From contig NC_058383.1 in NCBI RefSeq assembly GCF_018350175.1, positions 8,124,001 through 8,188,000 of the forward strand: a stretch of 64,000 nucleotides of DNA, given 5' to 3'. Source of the stretch: Felis catus. Taxonomy: Eukaryota. The notes under the pieces were generated by a model. It worked only from the letters and a program-made list of their open reading frames with translations, searched no databases and was not told the origin of the DNA. Numbering within the stretch: position 1 is the first letter of the stretch; each line of letters starts with the position of its first letter. A program made the position numbers and the translations under genes. Of this stretch, positions 23,900 to 36,930 are shown one piece after another.

Positions 23900-25700
23900 C
23901 CTAGGGTTCCTTTCTCCCCACCCTCGCTGATGCTCGTTATCTCTTGTCTTGTTTGATAATAACCATCCAAACAGGTGTGAGGCGATGTCTCACATGGTTG
24001 GGGTTTGCATTTCCCTAATGATTAGTAATGTTGAGCGCCGTTTGAAAATTTTTTAAATTTTTTAACGCTTATTTTTGAGAGACAGAGTGTGAGTGGGGGA
24101 GGGGCAGAGAGCGGGAGACACAGAATCCAAAGCAGGCTCCAGGCTCTGAGCTGTCAGCACAGAGCCCGATGCGGTGCTTGAACTTGAGAACCGTGAGGTC
24201 ATGACCTGAGCCGAAGTCGGACGCTTAACCGACTGAGGTGCCCCGAGTGCCTTTTCAATGTCTGTCCTGTTGGAAAAAGGGCCATTCGGGTCCCTTTGCC
24301 TTTTAAAAATTTAAGTAACTAATCAATTAACTAATTAATTAATTTTTTAATTTACATCTAAGTAAGTTAGCATATAGTGCAACAATGACTTCAGGAGTAG
24401 CTTCCAAGTGGTTCATCCCCTGTGTATACCACCCAGTGCTCCTCCCAACAAGCATCTTCCTTAGTGCCCCTTCCCCATTTAGCCCATCGCTCCTCCCACA
24501 CCCCATCCAGCAACCCTCGGTTTGTTCTCCAAATTTATGAGTCTCTTACGTTTTGTCCCCTCCCTGTTTTTATATTCTTTTGGTTTCCTTTCCCTTTGCT
24601 TCCCTTCATCTGTTTCGTCTCTTAAATTCCACACACATGAGCGAAGTCATATGGTGATTGTCTCTGACTGGCTCATTTCACATAATGCCTGCCAGTTCCA
24701 TCCACGTGGCTGCAAATGATCGTTTTGCCACTTTTCAGTTGGGTTGTTTCTTTGCTGTTGACTTTTAGGAGTTCCTACATATTTTGGAGGTTAACCCCTT
24801 ACCAGAAATATGATTTCCAATCTCTCTCCCTCCATACATTGCCTTTTCATCTTGTTGATGGTTTCCTCGGTTGTGCGGAAGCTGTTTAGTTGAAGCTGCC
24901 TTTGTGTTTGGCGTATGAATAAACTCTCAGAACTGCTTTTGCCCCGAAGGCACTGGCCGACTCCACAGGGAGCTGCCGCAAAATGGAGCCATAGTTCTGC
25001 TCACAAGCTTGAGAAGATCAGAAAAGCGTTAAGTCCAAGGGACCCAACACGCATGCTCAGGGTAAGGGGACACCAGACTTAAACCCACGTTCTTTAGGCA
25101 CAGGGGAAAGGTTCCTGGAAGGCAGTAAACCAAGCCCAGGCTTCCTGAGGAAGAGAACACTGAATTCACACTTCAGGGGTGGTGCGCAGGTAGGAATTTG
25201 GCTGCGAGCGGTGTTGGTTTTGATGGCGCCCCAGGCATCTGGCAAGAGCGAACATCCCTTTGGAAACACAGAAGAGATCTGATTTCTCTGCATTCTCGCC
25301 AGTACTTGCTATTACCAGTATTTTTCGTGTTAGCCGGGCCATAAATGGTGAAGCGTATTGTTTGCATTTCCCTAATGGCTAAGGATGTTGAACATTTTAT
25401 AACCTCTGGTGCAACACCTGTTCGTGTATTTTGCCCATTTTTGGACGGGATTATCTGGGGCGCTTTGTTTGCTTGTTTGTTTATTGCTGAATTCTTAGTA
25501 TTTTCTAGATACAAGTCCTTGGCCAGATATGCGCTTTACAGATGTTTTGTCCCAGGCTGCAACTAGTCTTTTCAACATCTTAAGAGGGTCTTTTGTGGAG
25601 CAAAAATTTTAATTTTGATACAATTTAAAGTTATCAATTATTTTCTTTGGTGGATCCTGCTTTCGGTGTCAGGTCTAAGAACTTTTTGTCTAGACCAAGG
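23900..25700 (-). mobile_element. Fragmented LINE-1 3' regions with SINE at ~24050-24245
   Basis: tttgcatttccctaatgattagt, ttaaccccttaccaga, tttaattttgat motifs; carnivore L1 3'UTR-like block ~24350-24720. Confidence 0.7.
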
Positions 25701-25729
25701 TTCCTCAAAACTCAATTTTCTCAATTTTG

Positions 25730-26450
25730 AGAATGTGAGGTAAAAGTGAACACAGCAGCTCTGTGTCACTCATTTCTCACTTATCTGTGTAACCATGGTG
25801 ATGACCCTTGGGCAGACTCAGAACAAAACTCCTGGAACATTCGCACAGCTGCCGGTGAGATGTTATTCCATATGCCCAAAGCAGAGGGTGAAGAGAAAGG
25901 CTGTCAGCATGTTTAAAATAAATGTAAGGATTGGGGCGCCTGGGTGGCTCAGTCGGTTAAGTGTCTGACTTTGGCCCAAGTCATGATCTCACAGTTCGTG
26001 AGTTCGAGCCCCGCATCGTCGGGCTCCGTGCTGTCAGCTCAGCGCCTGGAGCCTGTTTCGGATTCTGTGTCTCCCTCTCTCTCTGCCCCTCCCCCGCTTG
26101 TCCTCTGTCTCTGTCTCTCTCTCAAAAATAAATAAACGTTAAAAAAAAGTTTATTAAAAAGAACTTTGGACCCCAAGACTCGGGTTGTATTCCCTGGGCC
26201 AGGACATCTCACATATGTTCCTGCTGTTTGCACATGGAGAAGGTGTGCCTGTGCTACTGTCCCCACAGAGAGATAAGAAAGCACGCATTTGACCTCTCTA
26301 GGCTTTGCTTATAAATATCTTTTTCCTGCTGTTCCTGCATTGTATCCTTTGCTGTAATAAATCTTAACCTGAAGTATAACTTTATGTGGGGTCCCGTGGG
26401 TTCTGCCAGTGCATCATGGACTAGCTGTGAGACCATTGAGACAGGGGGTT
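25730..26450 (+). mobile_element. MER21-like LTR interrupted by Can-SINE (~25933-26150)
   Basis: ctttggaccccaagactcggg...tgtatcctttgctgtaataaatcttaacc... Confidence 0.5.
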
Positions 26451-26499
26451 GTTTTTCTTAAAACTAAGAATTAAGTTTGTTTGCTTTTTAAATTAAAAA

Positions 26500-26749
26500 A
26501 GCATTTTTTAATGTTTTTTTTTGAGAGAGAGAGAGAGAGAGAGAGAGACCGAGTGGGAGTGGGAGAGGGACAGAGAGAGAGGGAGACACAGAATCCGAAG
26601 CAGGCTCCAGGCTCCGAGCTGTCAGCACACAGCCCGATGTGGGGCTCGAACTCATGAAGCTGAGATCATGACCTGAGCAGAAGTCAGACCCTTAACCTAC
26701 TGGAACACCCAGGCACCCCATTTTTTAAATGTTATTTATTTTGAGACAG

Positions 26750-26802
<53 letters not shown>

Positions 26803-26998
26803 GAGACAGAGAGAGAGAGTACATGCACACATGTAAGTGGGAGAGGGGCAGAGAGCCAGGGAGAGAGAGAATCCCAAGCAGGATCCATGCTGTCAGCACG
26901 GAGCCCGATTCGGGGCTCAATCCCACAACAGTGAAATCATGATCTGAGCTGAAATCAGGAGTTGGACACTTAGCCAACTGAGCCATGCAGGCACCCCA
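26500..26998 (-). mobile_element. Two tandem Can-SINEs
   Basis: Two reverse SINE bodies with (GA)n tracts. Confidence 0.85.
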
Positions 26999-27009
26999 AG
27001 AATTCAGTT

Positions 27010-27190
27010 TTTTAAATTGTTATAAGACTTCTAAAATCATCTATTTCATAACTGAGCAATTTTGGTAGTTTGTAGCTTTCAAGGAATTGGTCCATTTCAT
27101 CCAAGTTGTTGAATTTATACAGGTAGAGTTGTTTACATGTTCCCTTATTATCCTATTACTCCTCCTATTATTCTTTGGAGTCTGTGGGAA
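27010..27190 (-). mobile_element. Old LINE-1 ORF2 fragment (left flank of TM9SF1 insert)
   Basis: tttggtagtttgtagctttcaaggaattggtccatttcatccaagttgttgaattt is typical antisense L1 ORF2. Confidence 0.7.
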
Positions 27191-27554
27191 TGGCCAATAT
27201 TTTATTCTTTTTGGTTTTGTTTTCAGAGCATCTTCATGGAAATTATTTGACGTGATTTCTAACTACGCCCCTGTGTGGCAGGCAGGGCAGGCGTTATTAT
27301 TGGCGTTGACAAACATAGCTGCTCAGAAGTGCCTGTTTCAGGACCACGTGGACAGAAAATTGCAAAGCTGATATTAGAGCCCAGGGCTCCTGGCTCCAAG
27401 CTTCTCTTTTGGCAATAAGGTCCCAACCATCACACCCAGGTAATTCTGTTGCCTTCCATCCCTACCTCTCGGCTCTTTCTTAACTGGCTTTTTACTCTCT
27501 GCCTAACCTTCCCTTGTCATGCTTTTTCTTGATTGAATCCTATCTCTTAAAAGA

Positions 27555-27780
27555 ATTTTTTTTAATGTTGATTTATTTTTGAGAGAGAGAGAGAGAGAGA
27601 GAGAAACAGAGTGTGAGCAGGGGAGGGGCAGAGAGAGAGGGAGACACAGAATCTGAAACAGGCTCTGGGCTCTGAGCCATCAGCACAGAATCCGACGCGG
27701 GGCTTGAACTCATGAATGGAGAGATCATGACCTGAGCTGAAGTTGGATGCTTAACCGACTGAGCCACCCAGATGTCCCTA
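27555..27780 (-). mobile_element. Can-SINE
   Basis: Reverse-orientation SINE body. Confidence 0.88.
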
Positions 27781-27794
27781 GAGACTTTTTTTGA

Positions 27795-27940
27795 TGGTTA
27801 CAACTGGAGGAGTGCTACTGGCATCTAGTGGGAAGAGGCCAGGGACGCTGCTAAATATCCCACCAATGTCAAGACAGCCCCATCCAGAACAAAGAATGAT
27901 CTGGTCCAAATGTCAGTAGTGCCAAGGTTGAGAAACTCTG
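27795..27940. mobile_element. MER20-like fragment
   Basis: gtgctactggcatctagtggga.gaggccaggga.gctgctaaa...aaatgtcagtagtgccaaggttgagaaac. Confidence 0.7.
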
Positions 27941-27994
27941 CTCTCACGCTATGCCCAGGGAGGCCTTGTCTGACTCCTAGCTGGCTCTTTGTAC

Positions 27995-29077
27995 GTGACG
28001 CAGTTACGCCAGGCCACCAAGGCTGCAATGCTTTGAATTTGTGGTGGACGACTTGTCAATCGGTGGCTTTGTGGGCTACAAAGAGGACAGCGGCTTCCTG
28101 CCACGTGGCCCTAAGATAGGACTCTAGATCCCTTTGGATTTTCACATTGAATCCATGGAGATGGAATTATTTTGCCAATGTCTCAGGGTTGGGTTTCAGG
28201 TCCCACACCCTGGCTGGGTGATGGCCTCATCCGCACTTACAGAGTGTGCTGGTCTGAGACTTCAGTGGAAGGTTGGGGGTGGCAGGGTCGTGGTGCTGAT
28301 GGTGGTGGCTTCTTCCCCCAAGCACTGGAAATCTACTGCCTGTCCGTCATCGACTCCAGGGTGCCCATGTTCTCACAGGTGGCACCTGTGGCTGTCATTC
28401 TCACGTGTGCTTTGGAATGACCTCACTGGGTACAACTTAGATGAGGAGGTAACCTCTGGAGGTTCTGGTGATGGTTTTGACCAGGGTGACAATGGCCGGA
28501 AGATCGTCCACGCGGATGCCCTCCTCTCCCATCCATACCGTGGTCTGCTCTGTGCTATGCTGGTCACGGGTGCCCAGTTCCTGACCTCTGGGCACGGTGA
28601 GGTGATAAGAATTAATTGGGAATTTCTCAAGGGGTAGAACTAAGTAGGTCATCTACTTAGTAGAAGGTTTGCAGATCTTCTCTTCTTTCGAAGATGAGGG
28701 GCAGACCTAAGGGGTGGGGTGGCTCTAGAGAGGATGAGTATATTCTATGTTAGGGTTTCTGGACAACAGAATTGGGGGAAGATTGCTTTGCTGCAGGCGT
28801 TGGGTCTGGAAGAAAGGGGACTGATTCCTCTACGATGTACCGGAAGAGGGACAGGCGAGGCCTGACACAGGCTTTTTGCTGCTCCCCTACCAGCACTGTT
28901 ATCATGGTGCTGCTGGGCCTCCTCAGTGTGTATCGTCATGAGGCCATTGACTTGGTGCCATCTTGTTGTATGTCCTGACCTGCTGTATCTCTGGTTACGT
29001 GTCTAGCCACTTCTACTGGCAGACTGGGGTTGAATGTTGGGTGTGGGACATCACCCTCACCACTGGTCTCTTCTCTG
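27995..29077 (+). pseudogene. Unprocessed TM9SF1 pseudogene fragment (two exons, 27995-28596 and 28894-29077, with intervening intron)
   Basis: Across frameshifts it reads [104 protein letters not shown] | [56 protein letters not shown]. This matches recalled TM9SF1. Premature TAG at 28125-28127; GTGAGG donor at 28597; CAG acceptor at 28891-28893. Confidence 0.9.
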
Positions 29078-29107
29078 GAAGAGAAGTCCCTCTCCGACTG
29101 CCTTGGC

Positions 29108-32100
29108 CATGTCCCATAAATCTTGAAAAGTTCCATTTTCAGTGCAATGTGATTTATTCCTTTGAGAGTTCCTCTTTGACACGTGGATTATTGTGTGTGT
29201 CCATGTGTTGGAGAATTTCCTGCTATCTTTCTGTTACTGATTTCTAGTTTGATTCTATTGCGATCAAAGGTCACACTCTGTATGATTTCAATTCTTTTGA
29301 ATTTGCTGAAATTTGTTTTATGACCCAGGACATAGTCTATCTTGGTGAATGCCCCAGGTGCACTTGAAAAGAATGAGTATTCTGCTGTTCTTGGGTGGAG
29401 TGGTTCTATAAATATCAATTAGGTCCTTCTGAATGACAGTGTTGTTCTATATCCTTGCCGGTTTTCTCACTAGTAATTCTGTCTACTGTTGAGACAGTGG
29501 TGTTAAAAATCCTCAACTATAATTCCAGATTGGCCTATTTCTCTTTTCAGTTCTATCAACTTTGCTTCATGTATATTGGAATTCTGTTGTTTGGTCCACA
29601 CTCATTTAGGACCGCTATGTCTTCTTGGTGAATAGATCCTTTTACCTGTATGTGATGTCCTTCTCTATCCTTCGCAATTTTCATTGCTCTGAAGTTTACT
29701 TCATCTGTTATTAACATAGCCACTACTGCGGGGCGCCTGGGTGGCTCAGTCGGTTGAGCGGCCGACTTCGGCTCAGGTCACGATCTCACGGTCCGTGAGT
29801 TCAAGCCCCGCGTCGGGCTCTGTGCTGACAGCTCGGAGCCTGGAGCCTGTTTCGGATTCTGTGTCTCCCTCTCTCTGACCCTCCCCCATTCATGCTCTGT
29901 CTCTCTCTGTCTCAAAAATAAACGTTAAAAAAAAAATTAACATAGCCACTACTGCTTTCTACTGACTGATGTTTGCATAGTGTATCTTTATCCTTTTACT
30001 TTCAATCTACATATATCTTTATATCTGAAGTGAGTTTCTTATCTACAGTGCATAGTTGGATTGTGTTGTTTTTAAGTGACCAAAAGGCCACCTGGAGCTC
30101 CACCCCTTTAAAAAAATTTTATATGTTTATTTATTTTTGAGGGAGAGAGAGACACAGAGCATGAGTGGGGGAGAGACAGAGAGAGATGGAGACACAGAAT
30201 CTGAAACAGGCTCCAGGCTCCGAGCTGTCAGCACAGAGCCTGATGCGGGGCTCAAACTCACAGACGGTGAGATCTTGACCTAAGCAGAAGTCAGACGCTT
30301 AACTGACTGAGCCACCCAGGTACCCTGGAGCTCGACCCTTTGATTCTCCTGGTTTAGCAATTCCAGAGCACAGAACGTGCCTCTCTCCTGGTAGCTCCAG
30401 CAGCCTTCCCAAGGAGGCCTCTCATTGGGCTTGGCCCCACTCGGTTTTTATTTTAATTTTTTTAAGTTTATTTATTTATTTTGAGAGAGAGAGAGAGAGA
30501 GAATGAGAGAGAGAGAGATCACATGCAGGTGAAGGGCAGAGAGGAGAAACAGAATCCCAAGCAGGCTCCCAGCCCTCAGCTCAGAGCCCGATGTGGGGCT
30601 CAAACCCATTAACCATGAGATCATGACCTAAGCAGAAGCCAAGAGTTAGACCCTTAACTAACTGAGCCACCCAGGTGCCCATCACTCTTTGTTTTTAACT
30701 AGTGCATCCATACCATTTACCTTTAATGCAATTTTGGTATGTTAGGGTTTAAGTTTGCCATTTTATTATTTCTTTTCTGGTTTTCATTCCTCTGCTTCCC
30801 TTTTCATGCTTTTCTCTGGGTTTCCTGAACATTTCTTAGAATTCCTTTCTGATTTATCTATACTGATTTGGAGTGTATTTCTGTAGTGTAAGTGCTTGAC
30901 ATCAAACTTTCGATTGCCGGGGCACCCATTGCAAAGACATCCAGCTCAAATTAACATACTGCCAGGTGGATTGCACAGTTACCAGCAAAACAACCAGGAA
31001 GGGACGAGGCCACCCCCACCCATGAAGTTTCCCTTTTAGAAAGCGCTGAGTAACATAGATAACCGGCCACTTGAGTGATCTCATTTCTCCTTTCCTGTGC
31101 CCCAATTCCTGCTCTTATGCCATAAATTTGCCAATAAAGAGTCTACCTGTGAAACCCTAGGTACCCCACCCTCAGACCCTAATGAAGGCAGAGCCCCAGG
31201 TCCTCTCTCTCCCTCCCTCTCAACCCATGACCTTATGTGTGGCCCATGGCTGTGCCAGGTTCCTTCCAGGACTTGTAATAAACCTTGTTCTTCAGAGTTC
31301 CCTAATGGTTTTGCTGAAGTACATCCCCAAATCACAATAAGAACAACAGGGCTGGTCCAGCCACAACACCGGCTCTGGTGGTGGTGGAAAGGGGATGTCT
31401 ACGGGGCTCTGGCATTCCTAACCAAGAACATTACTATCAACAGGCTGGGACTGAAGCAACAATCTCTTTCTATGGTAGCTTTTGCAGTGGTTTCCCTGGG
31501 TGTTATACATACATAACTTACTACAACAGCCTACTGGTGTGAAAACACTTAACCATATTATCTCCATTTAGGTCTCTTTACCCCCCCCCCCCATTTATAA
31601 TTGCCTTACATATTTCTTTCACATACAATGAGAACCGTATCAGGTGATGATGTTATTATGCTTGTTGTCTTGTCTATTAAGCAGAATTTCAAAAAGTCAA
31701 GAGAAGGATAATCTATTATGTTTGCCCATCATTTTACCATTATCATTGTTCTTTCTTAATTCCTGATGTTCCACATTTCTTCTTCTATCATTTCCTTTCA
31801 GTTCGAAGAACTTCTTCTATTCATTCTTTTAGGGTAGGTTTCTTAGTTCTCCTTCACCTGCAAGTGTAAGTGTCTTTTCTCTTCATTCCTAAAGGATATT
31901 TTTGCTGGATATTGAATCCTGGGTTGACAGGTCTTTTTTGTTTGGACTTGAAAATGTTGTGTTACTTCTTTCTGGCTTCCACGGCTTTTGGGGGGAATCT
32001 GCTGTCATTTGATCATACCGTTAGGTAACAGACTGTTTCTTTCAAGAAACATCATAGCTGCTTTCAAGATTTTTTGTCTTGAGTTTTCAAAAGTTTGATT

Positions 32101-32480
32101 GTGTTCTCTTTTCATTTCTTGAATTTGTAGGTTTCTCTCTTTTGCCAAATTTGGGGAAATAACAACCATTATTTCTTTTAATATTTTTTCTGCCCCTTTC
32201 TCTCTTCTTCTGGGACTCCAATGACACGAATGGTAGATCTTTTCTTATTGTCCCACAGGTCCCAAAGAGTCTGTGGTTTTTTGTTTGTTTTCTTCAGTCC
32301 ATTTTCTCTATTGTTCAGTTTGGGTACTTTCTATCAATCAATCTTCATTTACTGATTCTTGTGTCCCTCAATCCTGTTATTGAGACTGTTTAGTGAGTTT
32401 TTAATTTTGGTAATTGTATTTTTCAGCTCTAAAACATCCATTCGATTCCTCTTAATATCTTTTACTTCTTTGCTAAGATC
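29108..32480 (-). mobile_element. Old LINE-1 (ORF2 endonuclease region and upstream sequence) with SINEs at ~29730-29940, ~30105-30326, ~30445-30680 and an LTR insert
   Basis: ORF 29188-29418(-) [51 protein letters not shown] is the L1 ORF2 EN domain. Confidence 0.85.
30890..31370 (+). mobile_element. Probable ERV solo LTR inserted in L1
   Basis: Compositional break within the L1; AATAAA at ~31133 and ~31277; ends ...ccacaaca. Confidence 0.5.
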
Positions 32481-33272
32481 CCACCCAGGATACAACATTA
32501 CATTTCATTGTTATTTCTCAGGTTTCTCTTGGATGTGACCGCTTTTCTCACTTTCCTTGGTGTTGATGACCTTGGCAGTTTTGAGGAATCAGGTATTTGG
32601 TACAGTGTCCTCACTGGGATTTTTCTGGTGTTTTCTCTTGATTAGATTGGAGTTATGGGTTTGGGGGACAAAGACCGTGATGGAGGTAAAAGGCCATTGT
32701 CATCACGTCCGGAGGGTACATACTATCAGCAAGCCTGATCACTTGATGTTGACCTTCATTGCCTGGCTGGGGCGGGGTCTGTCGGGCTCCTCCTGTGCAA
32801 AGCCATCTGCACTTCACCCCCCATCGCAAACTGTACTCTTCGGAAGGAAGTCACTGTGTACAGCTAATATAATTTGTTTCCTTTGTCTTTGTTTTGTTTT
32901 GGTTTTGGTTTCCTTTTTTTTTTTACACTTACATCATATCATGTTTTCCTCTTCCAAATTCTGGCTTATTAGAGGAATTAATCTTTTCTGGGCCCATATT
33001 TTTCCAAACATTTCATTTTGCTCACTACCCCAATAGAAAGCATTTATGCAGCAAAGATGAAAGGCATGATTCGAGAGACTATTTCTCTTAATAATTCCAT
33101 GGACTCAAAACCACTGTCCTACCTCAGCCTTTAAATATTAGACTAGCCATTTTTAGGAAAAGCCAAAAAGTCCTATGCAGCTGTAAGAACAATGGAATTC
33201 TTCTGAATGCTTCTGTTTGTTTCTGGGAAAGTTACCAGAAGAAATGGAATCGTTTTCATTTTCTCTGGAAAG

Positions 33273-33458
33273 TTTTTTTTTTTTTTTAACGTTTATTTTT
33301 TGAGAGTGTGTGAGCAGGAGAGGGGCAGAGAGAGAGGGGCACAGAGGATCTAAGCAGGCTCCGCGGCTAACGTGGGGCTTCAACTCATGAACCGCAAGAC
33401 CATGACCTGAGCCAAAGTTGAACGCTCGACTCAATGGACTGAGCCACCCAGGTGCCCC
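33273..33458 (-). mobile_element. Can-SINE (TSD ctggaaagttt)
   Basis: Reverse SINE flanked by ctggaaagttt repeats. Confidence 0.85.
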
Positions 33459-34069
33459 TGGAAAGTTTATTTTAAAAGAAACTTGGATCTTACACATGAC
33501 TTCCTCACGAATCTCCTAAATTCCAAAAAGGGAAGCACACCTGTTCATGTTGTGTTTGTCCTCTCGACACAGAGAGGGCTATTTTCGGATGGCACAGGAT
33601 GGCAGGACGGTCTGGGCTTTGTGTTGACTTCACAGCATGCGGAGACCTGTGACATTATCATCTTGAGTCCCCATATGTCCACGCCATAGGACCTGAAGCA
33701 TAATGTTGCCCTTTTATATTCCTAAAGACCACCCTAAGTTTTGGTTCTGCTTTTATGACATATTTATCAGAACTGTAACTTGATGTTGAGTTTCTGGACA
33801 CGAGTAATTATTAAGAGGAAATTCGACTTTTGCTACCAAATGGTTCCAGGAATACATCGCAGAGGAAAAGGGGGGCTGTCTAAAATGAGGTTATTGTTAG
33901 AATATGATCTGTATTCAGGAGGCCCTGCACAGTCCCTGGCATCATGGTAATCTGAGTGACTGTCACCGACTCCCACTTGTCCACCTTAGTGGTTATATGA
34001 GAGTTTTGAGAAAAAGCGATGAGGCAGTAGCTTTAGCAGATAGGAAAACAACTTATAAAGAAAAATTGC

Positions 34070-34260
34070 TGGGGCTCCTGAGTGGCTCAGTTCGTTAAAT
34101 GTCTGAACAGTTCGTGAGTTCGAGCTCCGAGTCAGGCAGGCTCTGCAGCCCGGAGCCTGGAAGCTTCCTCGGACTCTTTCTGCTCTTCCTCTACTCATGA
34201 TGCGCTGTCTCTCTCTCTCTCTCAAAAATAAACATTAAAATTTTTTTTAAAAAGAAAAAA
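34070..34260 (+). mobile_element. Can-SINE (internally deleted)
   Basis: ggggctcctgagtggctcag head, CT tract, A tail. Confidence 0.8.
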
Positions 34261-35267
34261 GAAAAATGAAAAATAGCTAAAATAATTACGTACCGGAGAA
34301 GGTGCACACATGAAATAGAGATTCAAGAAAAAGACCCACATTCAAACGGGAATTGAACCCTTAACAAAAGTACCATTTCAAAATAGCCGAGACAAGGTAG
34401 TTTTGTGCTGAGAGGTGATGGGGGAGGGGAGAGCCAGACCTTTATCTCGATAGGTCCTTACTTCACAGGAAATTTCACATGGAACCAAGATTTTATCATA
34501 AAACAATAAAACTCTGAAAGCACTGGCAAGAAGGATTAACATTTTAACAACTCTGGAGTGGGGTGGGTGTTTTAATGTGCAAAATTCAGAAGCTATAAAG
34601 TCAAAATGTAGTAATCTTCACGGGGTATTAACACAAACTCAAGACACAAATGACCAGTCTGGAAGGATGCTACAACACGACTGACACGCAAAGGGAGAAT
34701 GCCTTCGATGAACGCAGAACTTCTGCAAAGGGACAAAGACAAAGATGAACAGAACCAAATGCAAGAGGCAGTGAACACAGGGAAAGATGCCTAACCTAAA
34801 TGTCAATCACTTCTCACCCACTAGACTGAAATAAGTGAGAATTCCAGGGGTGAGAAGTTCAAGGCCACAGGGACCGGGCACCTCCTGAGGCTGGGGTGCC
34901 ATCTTCAGTACGTGACCCTCCTCCCCGCTCCCAGGATGGCTGCTGCGCCTGAAGGTGGCACCCCAGGACCCTCGAGAAGAAAGGGGGGCGTGGCAGGCAG
35001 GGAAAAGGCAAAAGGTTTCTGCTCCAGCCCACCTGCCCCAATCCTTTAATGAGTTTTCATGGAAGCCTAGTTCCGCCTACAGCTCATTTGCCGGCTGCAC
35101 AGGGGTGCGGTAAAGTCACTTTCAACTTTCCTCATAGAAAATGCGTGAATCCTAGCTTACTCCTTGTGGATCTTCACACGGTGAACACGTCCATTTGAAC
35201 AGCATCCGGAACAGAGTACAAACAGCCTCCTTACATGTCCCCATGTGCTCCCTCTGAGTCACTAGAG

Positions 35268-35331
35268 GTTTTTTTTTCTTAAGTTTAATCTGAGAGAGAG
35301 AGAGAGCACGCACACGTGGGTGTGGGGAGGG

Positions 35332-35372
<41 letters not shown>

Positions 35373-35496
35373 CAAGTAGGCTCCAGCTGTCAGCAACAGA
35401 GCCCAACTCAGGCTCAAACTGACAAACCGTGAGATCATGACTTGAGCCAAAACCAAGAGTTGGATGCTTAACCGACTGAGTCACCCAAGCACCCCT
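35268..35496 (-). mobile_element. Can-SINE
   Basis: Reverse SINE body with (GA)n tract. Confidence 0.85.
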
Positions 35497-35714
35497 AGCA
35501 GGTATTTTTAATGGGTACATTCTCAAGTGTGACCAAAATAGGGTTCATTAAAAAAGAGAAGGAGAATATAAGTAACCAGCCACCTGTCACGCGCATCATT
35601 TGATAAATTCACCCAAAGGCCACTTTTGCCCTTCGATTTTCTCCCCAAATCTTTCATTCTCGGTCTAAGACATGTTCTGGTTCTTTAAGAGAGAAAGGTT
35701 GGTATTTACATTTG

Positions 35715-36930
35715 CTGTGACCACGAGCAAGCTTGGCCCTGAAGCAGGAACTTTCTGCAGCAGTAGACTCGCAAGTGAATGCAGCGAGAAGGTGCCCGTG
35801 GGAGGACGACCTGGTCCCTGAGCATGGAGAGGTCTGTGAATATGGAGACTTTCCAGAAAACCATCAGGGACCCCATCCCACGACTGAGATGAATATGGGG
35901 ATAATTTGCAATTCCACCTGTATCTTTAAAAAAATTTTTTTTAAATGTTTATTTATTTTTGAGAGAGAGAGGGAGACACAGAATCCGAAGCAGCCTCCAG
36001 GCTCTGAGCTGTCAGCACAGAGCCCAATGCAGGGCTCGAACTCACGGACTGTGAGATCATGACCTGAGCTGAAGTCGCACACTTAACCGCCTGAGCCACC
36101 CAGGTGCCCCCCACCTGTATCTTTTAGAAGTGAGAAAACCCCAAAATAAATGTGACCAGATCTTAGATCAGAGGTCAGAATTTATTCAGTATTACAGTAT
36201 CCGTATTGGAGAGAACACCTCATTATGAATACAGGCAACTTTCACGACGGGGGGCGGGGGGGTGCTCCCATCCTACTGAATGCTGGAACATTTCTCTTGC
36301 AGAGAATCCTGATCTGGGGAGGCATCTGCCAGTATTCTAGTACCGCACGGAATCAGCTCGTTCACAAACAACAGGAACTCTACAGACGCAATAAATGTGA
36401 GGGCTTTCAGGGAAGCAGAGCTCATTCAACGTCAGAGAATTCACACTGGAGAAAAACCACATGTGCGTAATGGCTGTGAAAATGCTTTGAGAAGCTCAGA
36501 GCTAATTAGACATCTGGGATCTCAGCGCAGGGAGGTGCTCTGTGAGCATAATGGGTGAGGGAGAGCCTTCAACCCGAGCTCCGTCCTTAGACGACGTCAG
36601 CTAGCTTAGTGGGGACATGAGTTGGTCACGTGTGATGAATATGGAGAACTATCTAGGGGAAGCACGGAGCGTATTGAACTCGAGATCATTTATCCTTGGG
36701 AGAAAAGCCTGTGAGTATAATCAATGTGGAAAGTCATTTAGGGATCATGCAGCCTTTTCTTGTCACTGGAGAATTCACGGGAAAGACACTCTTGTGCTGT
36801 ACAGACTGTGGGAGGGTGATTAATCCGTAATCAGGCTAATTCATACTGGAGAAAAAACCTTGATTACCAAGAGGGAAGAAAAGCCTTCAGTTCTTTTCCT
36901 TACTGGATTTCAGAGAAACCCTTGCAATGT
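35715..36930 (+). pseudogene. Decayed C2H2 zinc-finger terminal exon (SCAN-ZNF-type linker), interrupted by a SINE
   Basis: Linker LALKQELSAAVDSQ...VPEHGEVCEYGDFPENHQG; LIQRQRIHTGEKPHVRNGCENALRSSELIRH at 36421ff; CEYNQCGKSFRDHAAFSCHWRIHG at ~36710-36780; IHTGEK at ~36839; contains stops and frameshifts. Confidence 0.85.
35925..36110 (-). mobile_element. Can-SINE inserted in ZNF remnant (TSD ccacctgtatcttt)
   Basis: TSD on both sides of the reverse SINE. Confidence 0.9.

Noticed and set aside
28300..28340. [10 protein letters not shown] resembling an Ig C1 GFYP motif
   Set aside because: Fully explained by TM9SF1 GGFFPRTLEIHW.
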